Origin: the human T2T-CHM13v2.0 reference genome, Homo sapiens
Length of the DNA: 64,000 bases
NCBI RefSeq assembly: GCF_009914755.1
Contig: NC_060936.1
Strand: one strand, 5' to 3'
Below the pieces are notes generated by a model. The model worked only from the letters and a program-made list of their open reading frames with translations. It was not told where the DNA came from and ran no database searches. Below are positions 43,743-60,013 of this stretch, one piece after another (within the stretch, counting starts at the first letter, position 1; the number at the start of each line of letters is the position of its first letter). Both the position numbers and the translations under genes were made by a program.

Positions 43743-44217
43743 GTTTATATTTTAAAACCGTACTCTAATATGAAAATATCCGTAGCAAATTCACAAAGCA
43801 TGTTTTACTAACATTTTGGTAGGAACGAGCCACTATTATTTTTATTACATTATTTTATTTGGCTTTGACAATCTTTGATGTACTAAGCTTTTATAAATAT
43901 CAAGTTTTTGTTAAATGATACCATTTCTTTTGCATTTTATAAATATTTTATATCCAAAGTTGTACTTTGGGAGTAACATATATATCAAAGAGTCAATCCT
44001 GTGTAATAACAAAAGAAAACAAAAAAAAATCAAGGTATCACAACCACCAGATATAAATATGTGTGTTTCTTTTGTCCTGGTAAAAGTTGTCAGTCATAAT
44101 TTTAATGTCTCTTGAGAAAATATTGTGTAATAATTCTCTTTCTGAGAATAATTTAAGAAATGAGCAAAATATATAGTAAAAATAATCTTTAAAGCATCAA
44201 AAAACTATCAAAATAGT
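43743..44217 (-). repeat. inverted repeat, right arm (475 bp)
   Basis: Reverse complement of 42325-42799. Confidence 0.97.
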
Positions 44218-45449
44218 TTTCATATGTTGCAAATTGACTAAAATGTAATTGATGGCCAGCTATAGTGAAAGTCATTTTTCTCTGCTTGCTTCCTTGTTCC
44301 TTGATACATATACTTATTATAATTCCTCCCTCATAACCACTGTGAGAAAGCCAATATTTCTTTTGTTTCAAAATATATGTGATGCATCTGGCTGACCCTG
44401 AGGCAAAGAGACTAAGAATCTTCATGTCTTAAATGGGCCCATTAAATCAAGAACTAGTTCTCAACAATGATAAGACTCTATCTCATTGATTCTAGAAATA
44501 AACCTAAGATACATGTTATAATTAAATATGAATGAATTTAGTGTTCAGTATGCAGCTTCATAGTTAAACTCTTTACGCATTTTTAGGCTGTGTGGATTTT
44601 GGAAGAAATAACTTTACAAAAATAATTTCTGAAAATATATGTTATACACAAAGTTTAAAAATATGACTGTAATTCATATGTTTATAGTGCATAGAAAGAT
44701 TTTCAAGTAGTTATTTGAATCCAAAGATGTAGCTAAAATAAAATATAGAAAGTAAATTTTTATGAACCTTACTTCTGTCCAACTGGCAGATTGAGATGAC
44801 GAATGATTCTTCCTCCTAGTTCAGCTATGTGCAATTAATTACTTGATTAAATAATAATCCTTAGCTTTTGGTGCTGAAAGGAAGTTGATGGTGTTTAAAT
44901 CATAGGATTGGTGGTATTAGAATTTGGATTCGGTATAAACAGATTGTGTCTAGGATTTGAATTGTCTAAAAAAGGCTGAGAATCAAAAGTAAAGTCCCTT
45001 GACCCCATGTATACTCCTCGATCTGAGTCACTGATATTTAGAATGTCAGGGAAATATTCTTCACCTGCTTGCCTCTAGGGTTCCTGCATAATTTAAGCTA
45101 TCTGCACCATATTCTAGGAAGAAAAAAGGTAAACATTATCTAAAGTAGCAAAGTAGTGTTGAGACTATAATCACACTAGCTGTGCAGGACAAGTACTAAT
45201 GATGACTTGTCCAGAACTGGTAAAATCTTTAAGGACATTGTATCAGCATAAGAAAACTACCCCATGGGGTAGGCTCCATAATACCTCCTACTTTTAGGAA
45301 TCCATATTTATCTCACTGTGGATGATCTAAGAAATGAAATTATCTCCACAATAAAGTCCATTGGCCAAAGACTGCTGGCAGAGCCACAGTGGGAGAATCG
45401 TTGGTAAAAGAACTGAAGATAATGGAATGATTTGAAGGAAACTTAAATT

Positions 45450-46050
45450 GAGTATACTCCAAATGTTCAAAAAGATAAAAGATGGAATCCAGAAAGGTAT
45501 AAAGATTTTAAAACAAGAAAGATTTGAAGAGAACAAAGTAAATGAAAAATACAAAAAAATGTATTTCCAAAATATAACATAACAAACCTCAAAAAACAAA
45601 GTGTAGTAAAGAATTCATCCATTAATTGAAGGTAGATAACATGATAGGTTAAGACATTAGAATATAGGTCTATTTGTATTAGCAAAATAGGGGATAGAGG
45701 AATAATAGAATGGAGGAATGGGAAAGAGGCCATCTTTAATGAGAAGATAGCTGAGAATTTTCCAGAATTAGAGAAATATTTAAATTCTTAGATTAAAAAA
45801 TTAAACCTTAATTATACATTTATAAAACCATAGAAATTCAAAGTTTGTGAAGAAAAGTTAAAAGCTATCAGATGAAAAATCTGAGCATACCCAAAAGTAT
45901 GCCAATCAGAATTACAGCAGATTTTTTATCATAAGATAACATTAAGAAAAACAATATTATCCTCAAAGTGTGTCTTTTAAAAATTATCAGTCAAGAATCC
46001 TATACTAAGCTAAACCATAATTTAAGCATGCAGAAAAAATAAAGCTCTTA
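45450..46050 (+). mobile_element. HAL1/L1ME ORF1-like fragment
   Basis: GATAGCTGAGAATTTTCCAGAATT...CAATCAGAATTACAGCAGATTTT...CAAGAATCCTATACTAAGCTAAAC. Confidence 0.6.
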
Positions 46051-46140
46051 TCAAGAAAAGTATCTAGAAAAAAGAATGAAGATTCAAGTTGTAATGATTA
46101 GCAAACAAATAATTTGAGACAGATAATTATTATATAATGA

Positions 46141-46481
<341 letters not shown>

Positions 46482-46803
46482 TTATATCACTGTAAAAGTT
46501 AAACCAAATAACTTATTCAAAACAATTGACAGATTATGTAATAATATTTTTACATTTAGAAACTAACAGAGCTAAAAGAGACAAGTAAAGCTAGCACTTG
46601 AAAATGTTGAACAAATTTTCAGGAAGTTTAAGCAAAAGTAAAGTCTTTGAAGTGTCCAGAAAGAAGCTAAAAAATATTAATTAATTTTGTATATAAACAT
46701 GCATACACATGTGTAATATATTTCATCAAAGGCCCGTCATAAAAAAATGTAGAATAACAAGTACTTATCTGATAGAAAATAAAATTGACTGAGGAATACT
46801 TTA

Positions 46804-46887
46804 TCTCAAACTCTTGGCTCAAGTGATCCTCCTGTCTTGACCTCCCAAAGCACTGGGATTACAGATATGAGCCGCTGCACCCCGCCT
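46804..46887 (-). mobile_element. AluJ/FLAM 5' fragment without tail
   Basis: TCTCAAACTCTTGGCTCAAGTGATCCTCCTG...TGAGCCGCTGCACCCCGCC. Confidence 0.8.
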
Positions 46888-47550
46888 CAGAAATATTTTA
46901 TCAATCCAATAAAAATAGAAAAGAAATGAACTAAGGTAAATACATTGTAAATAGAATATAAATTATACAGGACAAGGAAATATAAAAACAATAACAACAT
47001 AGTTATAAGCAATAATGTAAACTGAATAAACTCACAAATTAAAGCCTGTTAAATTGAATTTTTAAATAAAAATTTCCAATTATATTCCATTAAATTGGAG
47101 TTTGTAGGGCATAATATAATATGGAGATGTTAAAAATATAAGAATGGAAACTATATAACCAGGAAAGGAATGTATTAGCTATATTTTTATCTGTCATTCT
47201 GTCTATATAAATACAGATAGGTCTTTAAAAAAAACATTGTTTATTAAATAATTAATTGAGAAATGATACACTCTTGTAACATGTATACATTTTTAAATGC
47301 AAATAATTACCCAATTAAAGAATAACAAAAAACAGATTAAAAAGATACACACTACATTCATGGTATTAATTGTGTTTAGGGAAGCAGAAAGCTAAATGGG
47401 ACTCAAGATTACATGAAAATAAGACATTATTCAAACAGAGAGTTAGCCATATGCAATATTTTATATTTTTAAAACAAAATCAAACAAGAAATCACAAGAA
47501 CCACATGTGACAGTGTTAAAATAGTTGATTCTAGTTGGTGTCTATTGTAT

Positions 47551-47568
47551 TCTCTCTCTCTCTCTCTT

Positions 47569-47612
<44 letters not shown>
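47551..47612. repeat. compound (TC)n(TG)n microsatellite
   Basis: Directly visible, about 20 TG units. Confidence 0.95.
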
Positions 47613-47615
<3 letters not shown>

Positions 47616-48170
47616 TTAGGCCTGAGTGAAAATACCTTAATCTTCAATTCTCTAGTCTATTTTATATTCTTAACTTTTATTATTCAAAATCTAATAATCA
47701 AAATAAACAAAACAGAAATAACTATAATAAAAGAAAAAAGAGGGGCAACATCTCTGATAAGCCCTTAATTGGGCTTATTTTTAAGTTTGTTATTACCAAA
47801 GTGAATGAGGAATATTACTGAAAGACATAAGCAGATAATGTTAATTTCTAGCCATTTTAGTTTCATCTGAACTTCTACAATAATGTTTTCATTTTTTTAA
47901 TCGTTGGTCTTTTGCAGGTTTCATGTAGTCCTAGTTATAGCTTAGTTCCCATCCAGCATCATCACGTGATCCAGCTAACACTCACCAAGGACATTCCTTT
48001 GCTGTTTTCAATTATCTTCAATGAACCATTTCAAAAGAAAAAAAAAAAAAGCATGCCTGCTAAAATTGCCAAAATCTAATACTGCTCTTCACGAAGTCTA
48101 ATTATGGCAAAATGGTAGTCTTTGTTTCAATAAATGTCCCAAGTGCAAAAGTAGCAGTAATTCAAATCTC

Positions 48171-48182
48171 TGTGTGTGTGTG

Positions 48183-48222
<40 letters not shown>
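48171..48222. repeat. (TG)n microsatellite, one interruption
   Basis: Directly visible. Confidence 0.95.
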
Positions 48223-49304
48223 AGAAAGGGAGAGAGACAAAGAGAAAGAGACAAAATATGTTCGTTTTTCTGTGTGAACAATATGGAATAATAAATTTTA
48301 GTAATTTTGGAATAGCTAGTCAGTGTAGACAAAATGAAAAGTTAGAATGGCATTTATTTAAATATTTGGACACTGACTATGTGAATTGTAAACAACTTTT
48401 TTGTGGTTATTACAGTCAATTGGTTTAAATAAGTTATTTGGCTTAACTTTTATAGTGATACAAGTTACATTCAAAGCAATATATATTTTACAGATAAAAT
48501 ATCGGATCAAGCGAAAAGCTAACTAGCAATAAACACTGAATTCTAAGTGATTAAATTTACTCTTTTCATGGACTAGCACAGTCTGATAATTTATTTTATG
48601 TATAACAGAATGTTTTTAGCCATGTTATTGTAGCTAAATCTCTCTTTCTCTCTTCTTACTCTTTTTCCACATTTGTATTTATAATAAACTAGAAAACCAT
48701 TACAGTAGGTGTATTCTTTCTCAAATAAATTTGTCTTGTCACTAGAGACATATACAATCTAAATTGGGTCCTAAGTAAAGCTTAATATATAATATTGAAC
48801 AAATAAAGAGCAATTACATGCATGTGTTCTGGTTTTTTTTTTTTGAGGGAATAAATGAAAGAAAATGAATTTAATGTGTAAGCAATTACACAATTGTTGA
48901 TAATATTGTGCTGGCCTTGTTCCCTAAATGGGGAACATGTTGCATGTCATATCATTACCCTTAACTATGTAATCTGCCATGAAAAATGGTAAAGTGAAAA
49001 AAATACACATTTTTTAAAAATGTCTACATATTTATAACTCCATATTTCATAGCTACTATACCTATGACATTTTCAGGATAACTATTTCTCAGTTTACTAG
49101 CACCACAGTTTTTAAAATCTGGAGTATCAAAAATAGCATCAGATTTGAGTAGAACCTAATTAATATAAAGCACAAGGCAATAGAATTTATTTTAAAATGT
49201 TAATAGATCTATTATTTTTAATTTAAATGATTTTTAAAATATGAGAATTAAAATTAGCAAGCACTGATCTTGTGATTACTGTTGTGTACATTGATTTCCA
49301 CTTT

Positions 49305-53010
<3,706 letters not shown>

Positions 53011-54989
53011 CCACTTTGTATGTGATGTTTCTGTACCATCCTAAAATATTATTTATGCTGGCTGATTGTATTTTCAAAATAATATAAATGTATATTGATT
53101 TAGTTCTGGGCAATTTAAAATAATGGTAATATTTAAGACTGTATTTAATGTAATTGACAAATCTGATAATTCAGAGATTGGGGTCTATCAATTTCAAAGT
53201 GATATTAGACTTGGAGGACAAAATTCCACAGAGAAGGGATCCACATAAAGTGAACTCAAATATCTTTGCACAATTTCTCCCGAAGTATTTGGCACCTGAG
53301 ATAAACAAGCTCAGTGAGATACTACAACAGTTTGTACAGAAAACAGCAACTGAAAAGCTAAAGAATTTCTCAGAGGTTTCAGCAGCAGTGGAATACTGGG
53401 GAGGAAGAGGTCTATAACCAGTAAGATGAGAAACAATCCTAGTTTGCAGGTAAGACCCCAGAGGGGCACAGACAAGGGGTAGGGGCTAAGAACTAGAAGG
53501 AAGGCCAAAGTTGAAGAAATTCAGCCTGAAAGAAGAAGAAAAAAAGAAGCCTAAAACTAATCCTCTGTGGAATCGAAAGAATCAGCCTCTGCTCTATTTT
53601 CTGTCCAGAAAAATGTTTAACCCCCTTTGAGAAAAATATCAAACAGAGCATCTGTGAATTTCTATATATGATATCTGGCATTAAACACAAAAAAAGTATG
53701 AGGTATGATTTACCAAAAGCAAGTGACCAAAAACCAAGATAAAAAATTGACAAATCAGACATCACAGCTTACAGACAAGAATTTTATATAATGATTAATA
53801 TGTTGGCAAGAATAGAGAAAAAAAGGAGACTATCAATATAAACTTCAAATCTTAAAAGATTCAATTTAAGTGTAATTTTAAAACCTCAAAAGGGTCCATT
53901 CAAAATTCTAGAAGTTAAAAATTATGTAGCTGAATACTCTGGTTCCAGCAGCAACATGTAAAGAAGTGCTTGGAAGTTGTCACTCCAGTCCTTACAATGA
54001 GAAGCAGCAGAACAAAAGAAAATCAATGACTTTTATTGAACTCGTCAGAGAACTGAGATTACAGGGAAAATTGCCAGTCGGAAATCTGAAGGGACAAACA
54101 AATCAAAAACCACAGCTAAGAACTGCTTACTCAGAGCAGGAGCCATGGGAACCATAAATGTGTCGGGACACTTAAATGGTAATTTTGATAACCATGACAA
54201 TAAAAAAATCTAAGGAACACAGTCTTGGGAGAAGCCCCACATTTTGCAAGTCTACTATGTTTTCAAGGTGGATATCCTAGAAAGATCCCTTTGTGGCTCA
54301 GACAATGGAAAGGGAAGAGTAATAATTGTCAAATATTCCCAGCATGTTTTGTGTGTATAATGCCTGTTCTTCAGGGGAAAAATAAAAATCCACATTTTTA
54401 TTTCAACTGGAGAATGAAGTATTTTACTTAGTCTCCAGTTCTCATCTAACTTTTCTACCTCATATTTAGGAAATTAAAAAAAAAAGCTGTGCCTTGGAAG
54501 AAATTTTTATGAAGGTCATAGCCCAGAGGCACAAGCTCATTAAAATATATAAATTAAATCAAAAGATTACAGAATGCTTCTCCTCCCCACATCACATGAC
54601 CAGATCTTTATTATAATAACAGTAGATTATAATGGAAATAACTACAGTATTAGGAATCTCTTCATAGGATGAGTGTTTAAGGAAATCCAAAGTCAAGAGG
54701 GAAGCCAGAAACAAAAACACTAAAAGAATTTGAAGCCTCTGTCATTTATGGCTATGAAAACATTAAACACAGGCCAACTTCTACATTAACATAAATTATC
54801 ACACTAAAGGCCTTTTACCTTTAATTTATTATCCGATAAACATGCCCAACTTGCAAAAAAAAAAAAATGGCAAGTTGAGATAGAGAGAGAAACAGAGAAA
54901 GTCTGAAGAAGCATTAGAAGCAAGAGCAGATGATACCACAGATGTAGGACTCGTTAGACAGGGAATTTATTAATAAAACAACTATGATT

Positions 54990-55286
54990 TTTTTTTCTTT
55001 TATTATTATACTTTAAGTTTTAGGGTACATGTGCACATTGTGCAGGTTAGTTACGTATGTATACATGTGCCACGCTGGTGCGCTGCACCCACTAACTCGT
55101 CATCTAGCATTAGGTATATCTCCCAATGCTATCCCTCCCCCACTCCCCCCACCCCACAACAGTCCCCAGAGTGTGATGTTCCCCTTCCTGTGTCCATGTG
55201 ATCTCATTGTTCAATTCCCACCTATGAGTGAGAATATGTGGTGTTTGGTTTTTTGTTCTTGCGATAGTTTACTGAGAATGATGATT
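54990..55286 (-). mobile_element. L1PA2-like 3' end, about 300 bp truncated insertion
   Basis: Near-consensus young L1 3'UTR with GAG (not ACA/ACG) at the Ta diagnostic site (sense GCTAGATGACGAGTTAGTGGG). Perfect 13-bp TSD AACAACTATGATT at 54977-54989 and 55287-55299. Confidence 0.92.
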
Positions 55287-56910
55287 AACAACTATGATTA
55301 ATACGTTAAAGGCTGTAATGGAAAAGTAGACAACACAAAATAACAGATATTATAGTAAGTGGAATTATGGAAACTCTAAGAAGCAAAAGAATATGCTAGA
55401 AGTCAAAAACATTTTAAATAAAATAGAGAACAGACACTGACATAAAAATCAGTGAGCTTGAATACAGGTCAACAGAAGCTTCTCAAAATGACATGCAATA
55501 GCAAAGAGGTGTGAGCAATCAAGAACAGAAACATTTAAGAACTATGAAATTATTATGAAAGGTGTAACATTAGCATAAATAAAACATGTGAAGGAGAAAA
55601 AATTACAGGAGAAGAAACATTTGAGGAAATAATGACTGAGAGCTTTCCAATTTACAGCAGACCCTAATCTACAGAGTCAGGAAGCTCAGTGATTACCAAG
55701 AAGAATAGATATCAAAGCAAAATCGAACAAAACAAAACATACCTAGGCATCTCGTGTATAAAACATAGATAAACAGAAAATCTTGAAAGAAGTAAAATTG
55801 ACAAAAGCATCTCACCTAGAGGAGAATGAGGATAGGAATTACAGTAGACTTTTTGTAAAAAATCATGCATGCACCAAGAGAGTGGAATAAAATATTAAAG
55901 TGTTGAAGGAAAAACATTAAATCTAGAATTCAATTTTCACCAACATTGTACTTCCATTTAAAAAACAATTACATTATTTCTTAGATAAAAAAAAAACTAA
56001 GGGAATTAATTGCAAGCATAATTACCATGCTAGAAAAATTAGTAGTCCTTCAGAGAGAAGGAAAATTATATAGGTTAGAAATGTGGATTGACATAAAGAA
56101 AGGAAGAACAGAGAAAAAATAAATTATGGTAAAATAAAATCTTTTCTCATTCTTACTTTTAATGTTAAAGATAACTGTCTAGTTTAATAGTAGAAAGAAT
56201 GTATTAGATGGTTATCACACATAGATAAATAAAATAAATGACCAAAAAATTCATGAGATGATAAGAAGGAATTGGGAATATTCTGTTACAAGATACCTGC
56301 ACCATGCATGAAATCACATAGAGTTACTTGAAGTGGGCCTAAACTAGTTGTAAATGTATATTGTAAATTGTAGAACAACTAATAAAAAATTTTAAAACAG
56401 AAGCACAATTGCTGGACTAAAGAGACAAAATGGAATTATATAAAATGCTCAGTTAAAACCACAGAATGCATAAACAGAGACGAAGATAAAAAAATACACA
56501 AAGATACAAAGGAAAAGTGTAAGGAATACACAACATTGAGAAACATGGTAAATACTACTTCAGCTATGTCATTAAAGCTTTGAATATGAATGGTCTCAAT
56601 GCAGCAACTAAAAGACAGAGATGTCAGAATGGATTAAAAAAATCCCAACATATGTTGCATACAAAAAAACCATTTTAAGTGTGAAGACACAAATAGATTA
56701 AAAGTAAAGGGGCATAGAAAGATAAAATATGCTAACACTGATAAAAAGAAAGCTGAATAGTTATATTGATTTCCAACAAATCAGACTTTTAAACAAGGAA
56801 AATTATTGGGGATGTAGAGGGGCACTACATACTGGTAAAGTGCAAATTCTCCAATAAGAGATAACAATACAAAATGCGTATGTGCCTAACAACTGAGTAT
56901 CAAAATGCAT

Positions 56911-57260
56911 GATATATAAGAAAAAATGAAATCATGTCCTTTGCAGTAACATAGATGCAGCTGGGAGGCCATTATCATAGGCGAATTGAAGCAGAAACAG
57001 AAAACCAAATATTACACATTCTCTCCCATAATTGGGAGCTAAACAATGGATACACATGGACACAAAGATGGGAACAATAAACACTGAGGATTCCAAAGGT
57101 GGGAGACAGGGAGGGGGTAAAGATAGAAAAACTACCTAGCAGGTAATACATTCACTGCTTGGGTGAGAAGATCGTTAGAATCCCAAATCTCAGCATTATG
57201 CAACATACCCATGTAACAAACATACACATATACGGGCTGAATCTAAAATTTCTTAAAAAG
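56911..57260 (+). mobile_element. L1PB/L1PA16-like 3' end nested in host L1 ORF2
   Basis: ATGAAATCATGTCCTTTGCAG...CATACCCATGTAACAAAC...GCTGAATCTAAAAT. Confidence 0.85.
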
Positions 57261-58923
57261 ACATTACAAAGCTAATTTATGATATTTTGATATTGGCACA
57301 AGGATAGGAAAATAGACCCAGTAACAGAACAGTTACTAGAGTACTGTACTAGAATCAAATCCAGCTATATCTGCAATGCTATGTATAAATGGTCTTTTTA
57401 ATAAATGGTGCTTGATCAATTGGGAAAAAATGCATAACTGATATAACTGAGAAGATATAGACAAGTATACTATTATAATTGACATTTAACTCTTTTTCTA
57501 AATAATTGATAGATCAAGCAGGGAGAAAGTCATTAAGGATATAAATGAACTGAACAGCAGTATCCACCAGCTCAATTGAGATTTTCAGAATACTCCATCC
57601 AACAAAATTAGAATCATCCCATGAAATATTCTCTAAGGTGGATGACACTGTGACCGTAAAACATATTTCACCAAATTTAAAAGAATAGAAATCATACAAA
57701 GTGTATTCTTAGACCACAATGAAATTAAACTAGAAAACCCAATAAGAAAAAAATAGCAGAAAAATCCTAGATTTTTGGAAATAGTAAACATTAGAACATA
57801 CTTAAATAAAATAAGTGGTCCCAGGCAAAATAAAAATATTATGAACTAAATAAAAATGAAAACAAACCCACAAATTATCAAAAATTGTGTGATGCAGCAA
57901 AAACAATGCTTTGAGGAAAATGTGTACATGGGATGCATATATTTAACAAAGGGGAGATCTGAAATCAATATGCCAAGGAAACTATAGAAAGAAGAATTTT
58001 TCAGCCTAAAGCAAACAGAAGAAAAGAAATAATAAAAACTGGACCACAAAGCAATGAATTAAAAATGGAGAAATGATGGAGAAATTCAATGAAAAAAGTG
58101 ATGGTTATTTGGAAAAACACCAACAGGATGTTTAAATTTCTAGCCAGTCTACGTAAGATAAAAAATAAATAAAATAATAATTACAAATCTTAGTATTGAA
58201 GGAGTGTTTATCATTAATCATTCTATGGACATTAAAAGAATAACAAAGAAACACTACGCCCACCTATGTTCCACCATGTGATAATTTAGATGAAATTAAT
58301 TCCATATAACAAACAAGTTGCCAAAACTCAAATAAAGGGAAAATAGATAATCCTAAAGGGAATTTTGTATATTAAAAATTCAAATTAATAATAAACTAAA
58401 AAAAAAAAAGTAGGTCCAAGTGGGTTAACTCTTTAATTGTTATAGGCATTTTAAAAAGAAATGTCATCAACTTTTTACAACATCTCCAGAAAATGGAAGC
58501 AGACAGAAAACATCCTAACTCATTCTTTGGAGTCTTAGCATACCCTGACACCAAAATCATATCAACATTGCAAGAAAATTATAGACCAATATCTTTCATA
58601 AAGACACATGCAAAAACCCTCAACAAAATATTAGCACATGGACTCCAACACTGCACACAAAGAATTATACACTACTTCATGATCAAGTGGGATTCATTCC
58701 AACCACGCGAGACTGCCTCAACATTTGAAAACCAATAAATATAATCCACCACATAAAAAGGACAAAGAAGAAAAATATGATCATCTCAATTGATGTATTT
58801 GATAAAATCCAACCTCCATTCATGATACAAACTGTTGTATTTATATTTTAGTCTTATTTTCTATTTTTTAATGTTATAATAGTTACGTTAATTTAAAAAA
58901 TTACTTTATACCAAACAATGTAG

Positions 58924-59219
<296 letters not shown>

Positions 59220-59469
59220 TATTTTTATGTTTTTATTTCAATAGTTTTTGGGAAACAGGTGGTGTTTGGTTATATTAATAAGTTATTTAGCAGTAATTTC
59301 TGAGATTTTGGTGCACCCATGACCTGAGCAGTGTACACTGTACCGAATGTGTAGTCTTTTATCCCTCACCACCTCACCCTTCCATGCTAAGTCCCCAAAG
59401 TCCACTGTATCATTCTTATACGTTTGTGTTCTCATAGCTTAGCTCCCACTTAAAAGTGAGAACATACAA

Positions 59470-59848
59470 TGATATAGTCATGCTTTGTGTCCCCACCCAA
59501 ATCTCATCTTGAGTTGTAATCCCCATAATCCCCACGTGTCAAGGGAGAGATCAATTACAGGTAGTAGAATCATGGAGGCTGTTTTCTCCATGCTGTTTTC
59601 ATGATACTGAGTGAGTTCTCAAGAGATCTGATGGTTTTATAAGGAGCTCTACCCTCTTCGCTCAGCACTTTTTCTTCCTGCTGCCCTGTGAAGAAGGTGC
59701 CTTGCTTCCCCTTCACCTTCTGCCATGATATTAAGTTTCCTGAGGCCTCTCCAGCCTTGCTGAACTGTGAATCAATTAAACTTCTTCCCTTTATAAATTA
59801 CTCAGACTCAGACAGTTCTTTATAGCAGTAAGAAAACAAACTAAAGCA
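59470..59848 (+). mobile_element. THE1C/D-like MaLR solo LTR
   Basis: TGATATAG...TGTGTCCCCACCCAAATCTCATCTTG...TCTTTATAGCAG...ACTAAAGCA. 5-bp TSD TACAA at 59465-59469 and 59849-59853. Confidence 0.93.
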
Positions 59849-59966
59849 TACAATGTTTAGTTTTCCATTCCTGAGTTACTTCACTTAGAATAATGGTCTC
59901 CAACTCCATCCAATTTTCTGTGAATATTATTTTGTTCCTTTTTATGGCTGAGTAGTATTCTATGGT

Positions 59967-59968
<2 letters not shown>

Positions 59969-60006
<38 letters not shown>
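59969..60006. repeat. (AT)19 microsatellite
   Basis: Directly visible. Confidence 0.95.

Positions 60007-60013
<7 letters not shown>

Noticed and set aside
42427-44115. Two nearly identical 66-aa ORFs (42427..42627 - and 43915..44115 +) as a duplicated small gene
   Set aside because: A by-product of the inverted repeat. AT-rich, no recognisable domain, and no promoter or splice evidence.
53154-53417. 87-aa ORF with protein-like composition
   Set aside because: Non-ATG start and no recognisable family. It sits among old L1-like remnants.
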